From assembly GCA_046757025.1 (NCBI GenBank), contig JBHHXN010000055.1, positions 1-28,484 of the forward strand: a stretch of DNA of 28,484 bases. The letters run 5' to 3'. Made by a program: the position numbers and the translations under genes. The notes under the pieces are model-generated. The model had not been told where the DNA came from and searched no databases. It worked only from the letters and a program-made list of their open reading frames with translations. Each line of letters opens with the position of its first letter. Within the stretch, counting starts at the first letter, position 1. Source of the stretch: a bacterium. Lineage in GTDB: Bacteria > Zhuqueibacterota > Zhuqueibacteria > Oceanimicrobiales > Oceanimicrobiaceae. Of this stretch, positions 28,367-28,484 are shown one piece after another.

Positions 28367-28392
28367 TGATTGACTGAAAAGTCCATATTTCT

Positions 28393-28484
28393 TCACCCTG
28401 AGCCCTTCGACAAGCTCAGGATAAACTGCGTCGAAGGGTGATAAGCTGTTGTTTTTAAGTCATGCTTCGACTCCGCTCAGCATG
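28393..28484. repeat. Nested REP-like palindromes (runs to the window edge)
   Basis: Outer TCACCCTGAGC...GTCGAAGGGTGA encloses a reversed CCCTTCGACAAGCTCAGGA; followed by GTCATGCTTCGACTCCGCTCAGCATG. Confidence 0.75.

Noticed and set aside
22640..28484. CRISPR array or type III-E (Craspase) context for the CHAT gene
   Set aside because: No regularly spaced direct repeats and no cas genes in the window.

Overview
A bacterial chromosomal window; gene content and repeat style suggest a diderm such as KSB1/Calditrichota (inference only). Almost all genes in 329-23491 are on the minus strand: an M61 peptidase with PDZ domain, a conserved hypothetical, an isolated pduS-pduT microcompartment pair, a stand-alone NAD(P)HX epimerase, a signalling cluster (GAF-AAA+ enhancer-binding protein with a non-canonical GVATGV loop, Cache-HAMP-PP2C phosphatase, RsbW-like kinase, 4-PAS hybrid kinase with a FixL-like heme PAS), a bifurcating-type etfB-etfA-acyl-CoA dehydrogenase operon, dodecin, a FabL-like SDR, a lytic transglycosylase and a zincin-PD40-Omp85 fusion. 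The AT-richer right end holds a plus-strand module of a TPR protein, its longer paralogue with a CHAT (caspase-like) protease domain, and a 26-aa peptide gene with a strong RBS that the ORF track misses. This module is the best candidate for an undescribed system. Intergenic DNA holds a promoter-driven structured RNA candidate (117-290), an IS66-type MITE with a perfect 8-bp target duplication, a three-copy MITE family carrying REP-like palindromes, and a 61-bp hairpin repeat with a compensatory base change. No CRISPR array, rRNA, tRNA or transposase was seen.
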